A program made the position numbers and the translations under genes. The notes beneath the pieces were generated by a model that had not been told where the DNA came from, did not search any database, and worked only from the letters and a program-made list of their open reading frames with translations. A DNA stretch of 64,000 nt from a virus. Below, piece by piece: positions 18,536 through 27,069 of this stretch (its first letter is position 1; each line of letters starts with the position of its first letter). Where the stretch lies: the IMG/VR virus record IMGVR_UViG_3300044213_000170, positions 1 to 64,000 of that record. One strand, given 5' to 3'.

Positions 18536-18561
18536 AAAAGGAAGCTGTTACGCTTCCTTTT
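18536..18561 (-). terminator. Intrinsic terminator after hsp20
   Basis: AAAAGGAAGC-N6-GCTTCCTTTT hairpin with U-tract. Confidence 0.75.
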
Positions 18562-18602
18562 ATTTTAACATAGAGACTAATTATTGTCAACTATATTATG
18601 GA

Positions 18603-19046
18603 TTACTTTTGAAAAGTAATTTGGATTTTTTTAGGTTTTTGTGCCTCGGGAATCACTTGTTCCAACGTAACGGTTAAAATACCATTTTGTACAGTAGCAT
18701 TACGAACTTCTACATTGTCGGCCAATGTAAAGGTGCGGTCGAAACTGCGATTACTGATACCTTTGTAAATATAGTCGGTTTCCTGATCTTTCTTGGGTTG
18801 GTTACCCTTGATAGTTAGACTATTTTCTTTAAGTTCGATATCAATTTCTTCTTCCGAAAATCCCGCAACAGCTAACTCGATAACATAGTGTGTTTCGTCA
18901 AGTTTAGCAATATTATATGGGGGATATTTGTCGTCGCTGCGACTGTTGGCGAATGATCGATTCATTTCGTCGAATAAACGATTGAAACCAATTGCATGAC
19001 GAGCAAAGCTCGGAAGATCGATGGTACGAATGTCATAGTTTGTCAT
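18603..19046 (-). CDS. Small heat-shock protein Hsp20 (IbpA-like)
   Basis: IGF.RLF, YPPYNI, ELAVAGF, GIS.R.F.R.FTLAD and NGIL motifs. Confidence 0.93.
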   Translation of the reverse strand: MTNYDIRTIDLPSFARHAIGFNRLFDEMNRSFANSRSDDKYPPYNIAKLDETHYVIELAVAGFSEEEIDIELKENSLTIKGNQPKKDQETDYIYKGISNRSFDRTFTLADNVEVRNATVQNGILTVTLEQVIPEAQKPKKIQITFQK

Positions 19047-19104
19047 ATTATATTCTCCTTAAAAAGCAAGTTAATGACCTGTAGACCCCACCCGGGCATC
19101 TACA
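19047..19104 (-). promoter_or_regulatory. ROSE-like RNA thermometer in the hsp20 5' UTR
   Basis: CUUGCU-UUUU-AAGGAG hairpin that occludes the SD with a bulged G, plus an upstream hairpin. Confidence 0.6.
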
Positions 19105-19128
19105 TTAGTATTTATTATAATAAAATCA

Positions 19129-19410
19129 CTACCGACTGTCAATTGATTTGGTTACTATTTTTGGTTCCACAAATCGATAATCTTTGAGATATTCTACTAT
19201 TTTGGGAAGCGGATGTTCAGGATCCCAAGTTAAAGCAAAGAACTCGTACAGTGATTGGTTTTTGAGAAATACTCTAATAGTGAATTTTACTGGTTTAATT
19301 CTAACTATTTCAATTGAGTAGCGTTCGCCCCAAACTCGAATTTGCTCCAGAATTACTTGATGAACGTACCAAATATCTTCGATAGGTAAAGCAAATTCGA
19401 TATACATCAA
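19129..19410 (-). CDS. Hypothetical protein
   Basis: 93-aa ORF. Confidence 0.55.
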   Translation of the reverse strand: MMYIEFALPIEDIWYVHQVILEQIRVWGERYSIEIVRIKPVKFTIRVFLKNQSLYEFFALTWDPEHPLPKIVEYLKDYRFVEPKIVTKSIDSR

Positions 19411-19649
19411 TAAAGACGTTTAGGCAACTGCTGCGACCTTAGGTGCTTTTGCCAGCGATTTTTGGCCGCGGATTTTTTCTTTTTTCGTGTAATTGTCGGT
19501 TTTTCAAAAAACTCTTTATCTCGCAGAATTTGTAGCAATCCGTTGTCTGCAATTTTCTTTTTAAATTTTCTAAGAGCCTTTTCAATATTGTCGTCTTTGA
19601 CAAAAACTGCTGTTCCTCTGATTCGTTGACGTCTGTCTGGAAAACTCAT
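19407..19649 (-). CDS. rpsU: 30S ribosomal protein bS21
   Basis: IEKALRKFKKK and EFFEKPT..RKKKK.AA..R motifs. Confidence 0.9.
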   Translation of the reverse strand: MSFPDRRQRIRGTAVFVKDDNIEKALRKFKKKIADNGLLQILRDKEFFEKPTITRKKKKSAAKNRWQKHLRSQQLPKRLY

Positions 19650-19684
19650 TTTAATCCTTTAAATTAATATAGTATATATCTTTT

Positions 19685-20392
19685 TTATGATATAACAGTT
19701 AATATTTTCTGAATCCACCGAGACAAATCTTGTTGTCTCTCGGGGTGTGAATAATCGTCAGGGTTTGACGGATCTACTCCGTCGGCGGCATAACTGCGTT
19801 CTTTAAAAGTTTCGTCATTATTGCCTCCGGTAACATCGGCTCGATCATGAAATACTTCTACCGCAATATTTTTTAGTCTACCTGCTGGGGCTGTTACATT
19901 ATAAATCCACCAATCACTATGTGCAACAGGACTTATACAACCAAATGTATCAATCCAACTGCGAGGGATAATGGGAAATAATGCGAATGGATGATTCATA
20001 CTAACACAAGGCATACGCAATAATCCAAAATAGCCGTCTTGCTCGATTATTTTTTCATCCCAATTGTCGGTTAACATTAATGCATCGTCATTCCAAAACA
20101 TCAACCAATCACCAGAAGCTTTTTCACCCAAAAAGTTAACATAACGATTTAACTTTAGATATCCAAACCTTTCAGTTTCAAAAACCTTAGAGCTGGCATT
20201 TACTTGCTGGATAAACGGGAACCAAGTAGTGGAAAAAAATTCTCTACTTTCTGCATCATCATCGTCGTATGCAATTAAAATTTCAAGTTGCTCGGGATGT
20301 TTGGCCGTAGCCAATAAACTACCTATACTTTTAATAACTGCTGCAGATCGTTTTCTTGTAGGTAATAAAATTGATATTTTAGGTGTGGTCAT
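19685..20392 (-). CDS. Glycosyltransferase family 2
   Basis: ISILLPTR, ILIAYDDDD and WNDD (DXD-like) motifs. Confidence 0.8.
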   Translation of the reverse strand: MTTPKISILLPTRKRSAAVIKSIGSLLATAKHPEQLEILIAYDDDDAESREFFSTTWFPFIQQVNASSKVFETERFGYLKLNRYVNFLGEKASGDWLMFWNDDALMLTDNWDEKIIEQDGYFGLLRMPCVSMNHPFALFPIIPRSWIDTFGCISPVAHSDWWIYNVTAPAGRLKNIAVEVFHDRADVTGGNNDETFKERSYAADGVDPSNPDDYSHPERQQDLSRWIQKILTVIS

Positions 20393-21998
20393 CTGTTCCT
20401 AGACGTTTGAGTTCTTCGGCCACTAATTCCTGTTCGGTGGCACTTAATTGATCTAATTCATACTCACCCGATGTAAGTTTATCTATTAGGAAATTAATAT
20501 ATTGTTTATCGTAAGTATAGCTATCGGTTAACTCTTTGTCAACTTCTATCCACTTGAATCCATTAAATTTGAACAATTTATTTGGTATGATATCTACTCG
20601 TAGGAACATATCTCCTTTGGCTGCGGAATTCGGAAATTGCGAGCCGAAGGTTGTTGAGGTGTCGATCTGTGCCGTATTATCAGCACGTAACCCTATTTTT
20701 ACAGCTAATTCTGGATGTTCCAAAGCAAAAATGTCTGCATGCATTTTTTTACCAGCAACTTCAATATAGTCTGATTCTTGTATTCTTTTAACCGACTTGT
20801 GAATCTCGTCTTGTTTGCCATCGACTATATCAACCACCGACGTTGGATCCTCTGCTATAGGTTCGTCCTTAGGTCCAAATTTATCCCATATGGCCTGAAC
20901 ATCTGCGTAGGAAAGCTCTTGATCCTGCTGGTCGGGCGGTAAGAGATCAGGATCGGTTTCCTGAACCGTTAATGGTTCCATTGGTTCGATTTCTGCAATA
21001 GCGTTATTTGCTTGTTCTACCAATTTATTATCTTCCTCTATAGAGGAAAATGTTTCTGCAATATCCACGGTCTTGTCATCGGGTAGTTCCTCTATTACTG
21101 CGCCTGGAATAGGTTCCCCGTTGTCCAGTGCCCTGGCAATTGTTCGTCCTCGATCAAAAAATTCCTGTAGTTCCGGATCGTTTTCTAATTCTCGCTTAAA
21201 TTCTTCTTCGGATATTTTTTCTTGCTGTTCGGTTTCTTTATCTTCTTTGGCCCAACGTAAACTTTGTTGTGCAGCTAAAATTAATACCAATGCCAATGGA
21301 TCAAATACTGCAACAATAATAATAATGACAAAACGAACTGCTTTTTCTAAAATAGATGTGTCCGGGTTGTCACTATATAATAATGCCGCAATATATTTTA
21401 TTGGGCCAACTTCTGCTTCAACTTTTCTAACCTCTGATCGAATAGGCGCGGATTCGTCATTAAGAGTAGCAATAAGCTTCTGGTTGGTTTCGATGTCTTT
21501 GGCCAACGTATTCCTATCACGCGACTGTGACTTACGGATACTGTTGGCTTTGTCGGCACCTTTTTCATCTGAACTTCGTACCATGACCTGGTCGACAGCC
21601 TCATCCATCTGTTTAAGTTGCTTGCGGTCACTTTCAATATTTTCTCTTGCAGTTTTAATTTTTTCATCATAGATTGCTATCTTTCCTTGAACATCACCAC
21701 TTACTAAACTTTGATCGCTATGTGCTTTACTTAAGAAACCGAAGATACCCATAGAAGTCAGTAGCATAAGAAATGCCACTGCCGGAACCAAATACAATTT
21801 ATACGTGATTTTTGCACGATCCCAATTTAATTTTAACCATACTGCGGCCGTTACTTTACCTATTTCTAGACTAGCACCCATAATAATAATAGGAATAAGT
21901 GCCGCACTAAAGATAGCAGTTAACCCGACGATACTATAGTAAGCAGCAACACAGCTAATTACTAATGCAACAAATAATGTGAATAACCCAAATATCAT
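20379..21998 (-). CDS. Multi-TM coiled-coil protein with an acidic tail
   Basis: Three N-terminal TM helices, GIFGFLSKAH, coiled coil, EVGPIKYIA and VFDPLA. Confidence 0.7.
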   Translation of the reverse strand: MIFGLFTLFVALVISCVAAYYSIVGLTAIFSAALIPIIIMGASLEIGKVTAAVWLKLNWDRAKITYKLYLVPAVAFLMLLTSMGIFGFLSKAHSDQSLVSGDVQGKIAIYDEKIKTARENIESDRKQLKQMDEAVDQVMVRSSDEKGADKANSIRKSQSRDRNTLAKDIETNQKLIATLNDESAPIRSEVRKVEAEVGPIKYIAALLYSDNPDTSILEKAVRFVIIIIVAVFDPLALVLILAAQQSLRWAKEDKETEQQEKISEEEFKRELENDPELQEFFDRGRTIARALDNGEPIPGAVIEELPDDKTVDIAETFSSIEEDNKLVEQANNAIAEIEPMEPLTVQETDPDLLPPDQQDQELSYADVQAIWDKFGPKDEPIAEDPTSVVDIVDGKQDEIHKSVKRIQESDYIEVAGKKMHADIFALEHPELAVKIGLRADNTAQIDTSTTFGSQFPNSAAKGDMFLRVDIIPNKLFKFNGFKWIEVDKELTDSYTYDKQYINFLIDKLTSGEYELDQLSATEQELVAEELKRLGTDDHT

Positions 21999-22019
21999 AA
22001 AAAGTATTTAGTATCCTTT

Positions 22020-22370
22020 TTAAGTAATTTTAATATGCTGTTTATTGGCACGATCAGAAAATATATTTCTGCCGCGTTCTCGAATCAGATCCGCTGACCC
22101 TTGTGGATCATTGTTGAACATCTGTTTAATGTCTGTTGCGGTGATTCCATCCTCGACATCTATGGCATAAATTTCGTAATGTCTTTGAGGATTATATCTG
22201 GCTCTAAGCACTAACATATTTAGCAGACTATTTGGATTGTGTGATCTGTTGTTGTCTCCGTCGTAGGTGCCAGCTAATATATCGAAAGTTACTTGTCTAT
22301 CTGCCTCGGTGGCATTAAACACACATTCTACACCGAGTTGATCCCAACTAATAATAAAAGTCTCAGCCAT
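22020..22370 (-). CDS. Hypothetical protein
   Basis: 116-aa ORF with RBS. Confidence 0.6.
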   Translation of the reverse strand: MAETFIISWDQLGVECVFNATEADRQVTFDILAGTYDGDNNRSHNPNSLLNMLVLRARYNPQRHYEIYAIDVEDGITATDIKQMFNNDPQGSADLIRERGRNIFSDRANKQHIKIT

Positions 22371-22612
22371 AAAAATCCCCTTCAGGGACTATTATAATCT
22401 ATAAAGTCAACAAAATCAAATTATTGATAACCGTAATGTAAGGACATTTTATTAATTTCATCATCGGTCAAGTGCTCGGGCTCGGTACTCGGGCATTTCC
22501 GAAAAAGTTGTTGTTAGATACAACGAATGTAATTGTTGATTTCGTTTTCGGAATTCCGAAAACAATTGATTATTTACAAAATGAGCCATTTCAATCTCAG
22601 TAGCTAAATTAC

Positions 22613-22876
22613 TCATTTCCCCAATAGGTTTGGAACTGCTGGTTGCTTAAGCATATACATTATAACATCGGCACAATCAACTATAACAACATCCCATGGA
22701 TACTTATTACCGTCGAAAGTACAACGTTTATTACTAACTTCTTCAACCCTAAGCATCTTGGGATTAATTTTAACTATCTTTCCAATCACTAAACTATTTC
22801 TGTGCGGGAAGGCCACGCAATCGTTTAACTGTATTTCTTTGCCCAACTTGTCTAAATGAATGGGAATTTCTTTCAT
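22613..22876 (-). CDS. Small SH3/KOW-like hypothetical protein
   Basis: DKLGKEI..ND.V pattern. Confidence 0.5.
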   Translation of the reverse strand: MKEIPIHLDKLGKEIQLNDCVAFPHRNSLVIGKIVKINPKMLRVEEVSNKRCTFDGNKYPWDVVIVDCADVIMYMLKQPAVPNLLGK

Positions 22877-23445
22877 TTTCTTAATATCCCTATAATTTCA
22901 TCAAAGGTGGCATCTTTCCAGTACCATTTAATAAATTGTCTCAGACCTGCTTTGTGTGCTGTTACTGTATGAATTTGTGCCACATTAAATAGGTACAGCT
23001 CATTGGTGCTGGCTGTAAATTCATCAACATACTCTACTTGATCCCAAGTATAGACGTTCGCAGTATCTTTACCTGGATACACCGTGGGAGTTGCGTGGCC
23101 TTTTACTTTAAAAAACTGTGTAGTCGACTCGGCCGGATTAGAGTAATAATTGGCACATACAGATATACCGTGGTCAACGTGTGGGTTCAAGGAGCCTGCA
23201 CTCGCATTGTTGACCTCAGCAACTACGACCTCAGCAACCATAACGTTATCCGGGGGCAAGGCATCCCACGGCATCTCATCAGGCAACAAACTATTTAGAT
23301 AGTCCTTGTCTTTAATATCATAATATGATATCACAGGAAACGGATGATTTCCATATGACGTCAAGAATGCTCCCTTCAATCGTTCGAAATCAAGATCTTC
23401 CTTTAACTTAAAGTCAAGTTTCTGATACATTACATTTTTCGCCAT
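22873..23445 (-). CDS. 2OG-Fe(II) oxygenase-like protein
   Basis: PHVD..IHTV..R pattern. Confidence 0.55.
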   Translation of the reverse strand: MAKNVMYQKLDFKLKEDLDFERLKGAFLTSYGNHPFPVISYYDIKDKDYLNSLLPDEMPWDALPPDNVMVAEVVVAEVNNASAGSLNPHVDHGISVCANYYSNPAESTTQFFKVKGHATPTVYPGKDTANVYTWDQVEYVDEFTASTNELYLFNVAQIHTVTAHKAGLRQFIKWYWKDATFDEIIGILRK

Positions 23446-23658
23446 TTATACTCCCAGTTTTAACAACATCATAAGATACTCTGCAGGCTGCTCGGGCTTA
23501 CCGTCACGATGACTAATCTTGTTATAGCACTTGGAGCAGAAGGTGCCCGAGATTTTAAAATATCCCGAGCAGACCCACCATTGCTCACGATCACGATAGT
23601 CGTCTTCGTGAGGTTTAGTCTTACCACAGCCTCGACAAGTCGTTTTAAGTTCAAACAT
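23446..23658 (-). CDS. Small Zn-ribbon protein
   Basis: CRGC..CSKC; start re-assigned to MFELK (TAATG coupling). Confidence 0.55.
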   Translation of the reverse strand: MFELKTTCRGCGKTKPHEDDYRDREQWWVCSGYFKISGTFCSKCYNKISHRDGKPEQPAEYLMMLLKLGV

Positions 23659-23774
23659 TACATCCCCGCAATCATTGCCGCCAACACAATCCACCATCCG
23701 CTGTATGGACTTTGTATGATCTATACCGCGAATGCTAGAACTGCTAATATGCGTAGAGTTTTATTACATTCCAT
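23658..23774 (-). pseudogene. 38-codon membrane peptide gene with an internal TAG
   Basis: GAGG RBS; MECNKTLRILAVLAFAV*IIQSPYSGWWIVLAAMIAGM; the terminal TAA overlaps the next ATG. Confidence 0.5.
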
Positions 23775-23790
23775 ATTAGACCTCATTGAC

Positions 23791-23943
23791 TCAAATGTGT
23801 TTTCCAAAAATACAATAAATTACAAACCATTTTTCGGGCTTATTGTCGATCCAATATGGGTTGACACGAAAGGTAATCTCCCAATCTCTACTGAATTGAA
23901 AATGCCTCGTGCCAAACCTAATGTTAAACCAAAGATTGCTCAT
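23791..23943 (-). CDS. 50-aa hypothetical protein (not in the ORF track)
   Basis: MSNLWFNIRFG..GKHI; ATGA overlap with the upstream gene. Confidence 0.55.
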   Translation of the reverse strand: MSNLWFNIRFGTRHFQFSRDWEITFRVNPYWIDNKPEKWFVIYCIFGKHI

Positions 23944-24149
23944 AGTTCAATTCCGAAATGTGCCAACACACTATTCTTTACAGTTAACCGATCATCTGGA
24001 TGCGAATTTATAGGCATACTGATTTCAGCAATACCGGCACATTCTTTAACAATCGATTCAGAAAAATTTTCCAGAAATTTAACCTGGCCCGCCCATGTAT
24101 CATCGTTATTAATTGCTTGTTCCCATAAATGTTTGATTCGCTCGTTCAT
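23940..24149 (-). CDS. Small phage protein of the F(A/S)E.IV.EC..HFG family
   Basis: Paralog of 24467..24721 and 24929..25210. Confidence 0.65.
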   Translation of the reverse strand: MNERIKHLWEQAINNDDTWAGQVKFLENFSESIVKECAGIAEISMPINSHPDDRLTVKNSVLAHFGIEL

Positions 24150-24152
24150 ACT

Positions 24153-24470
24153 TTACCACCACTTCTCTACTTCTTCTGGATTGTTATAATCGACCCAACG
24201 ATTTGCATCACAATTCCAATGACGATTATCACTGATGCCTAGTCGGATTCCGAGTCCAAGTACTCGCAACTTAAACTTTGGTCCGGCGTGACTTTGGCCT
24301 CGCCAACGTGTGTCAATGCTTAAATCAAACCAATCCCAAGTATAGAAATCAATGCCCCACTCAAAAGTTTTGTTTTTAGTGATAGCGTGATCGGCTTGCC
24401 CGAGATCTCGCCACGGACTCGTGGTGTCATTATGCCACGGGTTCTGAATAGAAAATCCAATATAAATCAT
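24153..24470 (-). CDS. Trp-rich hypothetical protein
   Basis: 105-aa ORF, translationally coupled. Confidence 0.6.
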   Translation of the reverse strand: MIYIGFSIQNPWHNDTTSPWRDLGQADHAITKNKTFEWGIDFYTWDWFDLSIDTRWRGQSHAGPKFKLRVLGLGIRLGISDNRHWNCDANRWVDYNNPEEVEKWW

Positions 24471-24721
24471 TCTTCAACTCCGAAATGTTTTAGAATATTG
24501 GTGTGAACACGGCGCATAATAGCATCAATGTCATCACCATCTTCTACACTGTCATATCCAACTTCGGCACATTCCCTGACAATCAACTCGGCGAACTTGG
24601 CCAATTCTTCATCATAGTTGCTTGACCAGTCAATAGTGTTGCCTTTGGGTCGCCAATCTTCATCAGCCCAAAAGATAAATCCAGCCTGCTCTGCTAATTC
24701 TAAAAATCTTTCTTTGTTCAT
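24467..24721 (-). CDS. Small phage protein of the FAELIV.EC..HFGVEE family
   Basis: Paralogous motif. Confidence 0.65.
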   Translation of the reverse strand: MNKERFLELAEQAGFIFWADEDWRPKGNTIDWSSNYDEELAKFAELIVRECAEVGYDSVEDGDDIDAIMRRVHTNILKHFGVEE

Positions 24722-24810
24722 TCTTCAACTCCGAAATAAGTGTATCCCATTCCCCCGGCAGCTACGACAGGAAAACCATACTTGTTAACTAGATCAACTA
24801 CGCTATCCAT
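24718..24810 (-). CDS. 30-aa chimeric ORF (N-terminus of a 16587..16946 homolog fused to an FGVEE end)
   Basis: MDSVVDLVNKYGFPVVAAGGMGYTYFGVEE. Confidence 0.55.
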   Translation of the reverse strand: MDSVVDLVNKYGFPVVAAGGMGYTYFGVEE

Positions 24811-24928
24811 AATCCAAATCTCTTTCTAAAAATGTAGAATTTAAGCCTTAGTCTATACCAAGGATTACTCAATCTTTGTGCTTTCTCTATCTCAAACAGC
24901 CTAAGATTTTCTGCTACGGTTTGGATGT

Positions 24929-25210
24929 TCATTCTTCAACTCCGAAATGTTCTTTCACTCTACGAATAGATTCATCAATAGCACCAATGGCAAAATCCTC
25001 AATGTCTGCCATATTACGGTATGGATTGCCGCGTTCAATTTGCATTTGTTGGATACATTCCAGAACAATCAACTCGGCGAACTTTTCTCGGTCCCATACC
25101 TTTTGTTTATGAACAGATACAATCGTAGGATCTACTACAGAACTTTCGTAAGGCACTTCATAGACCACATAAGCCTGTTCATAAAGTTCGTTGATTTTTG
25201 CTTTGTTCAT
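24929..25210 (-). CDS. Small phage protein of the FAELIV.EC..HFGVEE family
   Basis: Paralogous motif. Confidence 0.65.
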   Translation of the reverse strand: MNKAKINELYEQAYVVYEVPYESSVVDPTIVSVHKQKVWDREKFAELIVLECIQQMQIERGNPYRNMADIEDFAIGAIDESIRRVKEHFGVEE

Positions 25211-25332
25211 TCCACTTCCTTCTCAAGGATAACAGCATCGTAGAGGGCACCTTTCCGGCTGGCTCGGGCCTTGGCCAGGCTATCGTAGACACCGTAGACG
25301 GTACCTTTATAGCAAACGATGTAAACGGTCAT
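25207..25332 (-). CDS. 41-aa early protein (not in the ORF track)
   Basis: Own promoter TTGATA-N17-TATAAT and AAGGAG RBS; begins MTVYIVCYKG. Confidence 0.65.
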   Translation of the reverse strand: MTVYIVCYKGTVYGVYDSLAKARASRKGALYDAVILEKEVE

Positions 25333-25367
25333 TTGTCGCTCCTTGTTGTCTTGTATGTATTATATCA

Positions 25368-25637
25368 TCAATTGTAGTCCGTATCAAGCTCATATTGATC
25401 ATCATAGCGATGATCTTCCTGCATAGCATCGCGTTCGTCCAGGATGCGCGTGATCTCGGCCACATCAACAAGGATCGTCTCACGAACTGCACCGTAGACC
25501 TTGAAGGGCTCGTCAACCTTGATAGTATGCTGGACTTGTCCGCCGTACTTAACGCGACTCTCAGTGATCAAGCCTGAGTAGGGGAACAGGCCCATGTAGA
25601 GTCCATTAACCCGATTGCCTTCCAAGTTCCAGTTCAT
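25368..25637 (-). CDS. Early hypothetical protein
   Basis: Perfect TTGACA-N17-TATAAT promoter and AAGGAG RBS upstream. Confidence 0.7.
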   Translation of the reverse strand: MNWNLEGNRVNGLYMGLFPYSGLITESRVKYGGQVQHTIKVDEPFKVYGAVRETILVDVAEITRILDERDAMQEDHRYDDQYELDTDYN

Positions 25638-25702
25638 ATCAGCTCCTTTGTTGTCTATGTCAGTATTATACGATCGTTTGGATAACCTGTCAAGTGGTAG
25701 GG

Positions 25703-25864
25703 TTATTCTTCGCAGACCTCACACTCGGCCCAATGCTGGTCCACGAAGGCATAGGCTTCGTCCACAGTGTCGAACCAAGCCACTGCCTTACCTACCCAAC
25801 GCTCAGGACCAGTGCCATCTACATCACCGCCCCACTCTACTTCTCTGACTACGAACTGGGTCAT
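25703..25864 (-). CDS. 53-aa early protein (not in the ORF track)
   Basis: TTGATC-N17-TATAAT promoter and AAGGAG RBS; begins MTQFVVREVEW. Confidence 0.65.
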   Translation of the reverse strand: MTQFVVREVEWGGDVDGTGPERWVGKAVAWFDTVDEAYAFVDQHWAECEVCEE

Positions 25865-25935
25865 AGTGTGCTCCTTTGTTGTCTATGTATGTATTATAGC
25901 AAAATACCGAATTTTGATCAAGTAATACCGAAGTA

Positions 25936-26250
25936 TTAATATTGGTTCAGTGCAGGCTGAATTTCGGCGATCACGCTGCGTTCGAATGCGTGAGCGTCCA
26001 ATCGACCACGTACCACAGCCAACACATCCATTTCAAATGCTTCGGCACCGTGTTCACGTATGCTACGGCATAAATTCCAATCCTTGCCCTCGGTCAGAGC
26101 GCGGCGGATATGCTTTTGCATACGAACTTTAAGTGCCTTTTTCAATTGTTGACCGCATACAGTAATACCTACATAAAACTCGCCTGTGTTAGTATTCGCT
26201 AACATATAGACAGCGTGTTTACGATCGTTTCTGGCTTTGCGTTTCATCAT
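25936..26250 (-). CDS. Small GIY-YIG nuclease-domain protein
   Basis: AVY..N..TGEFYVGIT..R..H..E..LN motif. Confidence 0.75.
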   Translation of the reverse strand: MMKRKARNDRKHAVYMLANTNTGEFYVGITVCGQQLKKALKVRMQKHIRRALTEGKDWNLCRSIREHGAEAFEMDVLAVVRGRLDAHAFERSVIAEIQPALNQY

Positions 26251-26301
26251 AATGTAATTATAACACCAAAATGAATAATGAGCAATACCTACCCGTATTA
26301 G

Positions 26302-26345
26302 TAAGGTAGTACTAAGGTAGTACTAAGGTAGTACTAAGGTTTTAC
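26302..26345. repeat. 11-bp tandem repeat TAAGGTAGTAC, three exact copies plus one degenerate copy
   Basis: Directly visible; intergenic, upstream of an early promoter. Confidence 0.9.
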
Positions 26346-26515
26346 TTTTTGAGCTTGATAATTGTGTCGGTTTCCGCATAATAGCTAACATAGCGGGGAC
26401 CTTGCTCTCCGTTGCGCTTCAAAAATGCTTCTGCTTCGGAGCGGCTGTTGGCCTGGACAATAACCATATTGCTGTCTGTTTGGGAATAGTCGAGACGGAA
26501 AATGTAGTATGTCAT
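26342..26515 (-). CDS. 57-aa early protein (not in the ORF track)
   Basis: Begins MTYYIFRLDY; TTGACA-N17-TATACT upstream. Confidence 0.6.
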   Translation of the reverse strand: MTYYIFRLDYSQTDSNMVIVQANSRSEAEAFLKRNGEQGPRYVSYYAETDTIIKLKK

Positions 26516-26594
26516 TTTGGACTCATTTCTTACTAGGCTTTTAGTATAAGCGATATTGAATTAAATGTCAATTAAAATTTATACTACTAAAGTG

Positions 26595-26822
26595 TTAGTT
26601 CAATAATCCAGCAATATACACTAATCCGCAAAAAATATTAAGCACCCAAACACTAGGTTGCCGCCATAACACCCCCACCCAAGTCCATAGCATACAGCCT
26701 GCTAGAAATAAGACTTTGTTAATGGGATTGACATCAAAGGCAGTAGCCAAGGTAGCCAAAATAACTACCACCATGGCTAGCCATTTTAGATAAAAATCAA
26801 GATTTTTCAAATTCTCTCGCAA
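26595..26822 (-). CDS. Small membrane protein
   Basis: Three hydrophobic segments. Confidence 0.6.
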   Translation of the reverse strand: MRENLKNLDFYLKWLAMVVVILATLATAFDVNPINKVLFLAGCMLWTWVGVLWRQPSVWVLNIFCGLVYIAGLLN

Positions 26823-27012
26823 TATAATAAGAAATCATTTTTCGATCAATGTTAGTAGGCAGATCGACATAAGGTTCTTCTACAATGAATCGAAATTTAC
26901 ATCCATCCCAACTACGGGAATTGATATATGTAAAATATGCACGACGATGCTCTTCATTTTCGGCATCAAAAATCGTATGCGGGCGAGTATGTTTTACAAA
27001 AGTTTTGAGCAT
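26797..27012 (-). CDS. Hypothetical protein
   Basis: 71-aa ORF. Confidence 0.55.
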   Translation of the reverse strand: MLKTFVKHTRPHTIFDAENEEHRRAYFTYINSRSWDGCKFRFIVEEPYVDLPTNIDRKMISYYIAREFEKS

Positions 27013-27069
27013 TTTGAATCATTAAAAAGTTATTGATGCTGCGTATTGTACAAAAATACGGTATTGTTG

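Larger units (their letters stand above)
24467..24948 (-). repeat. Three exact copies of the 20-bp junction repeat ATTTCGGAGTTGAAGAATGA
   Basis: At 24467-24486, 24718-24737 and 24929-24948; a variant lies at 23940-23959. Confidence 0.9.

Noticed and set aside
22544-22563. Perfect 20-bp palindrome GTTTTCGGAATTCCGAAAAC
   Set aside because: It is a single occurrence, probably inside a small ORF, and not clearly beyond chance in 64 kb of AT-rich DNA.
23509-24189. Long plus-strand ORFs (also 21073..21672, 59985..60689 and those over the collagen gene)
   Set aside because: They are antisense shadows of well-supported minus-strand genes, with no RBS or motifs.
26302-26345. CRISPR array (also considered for the 20-bp repeats at 24467-24948 and the GPQ repeats)
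   Set aside because: There are no regular unique spacers and no cas genes; the repeats are directly tandem or coding.
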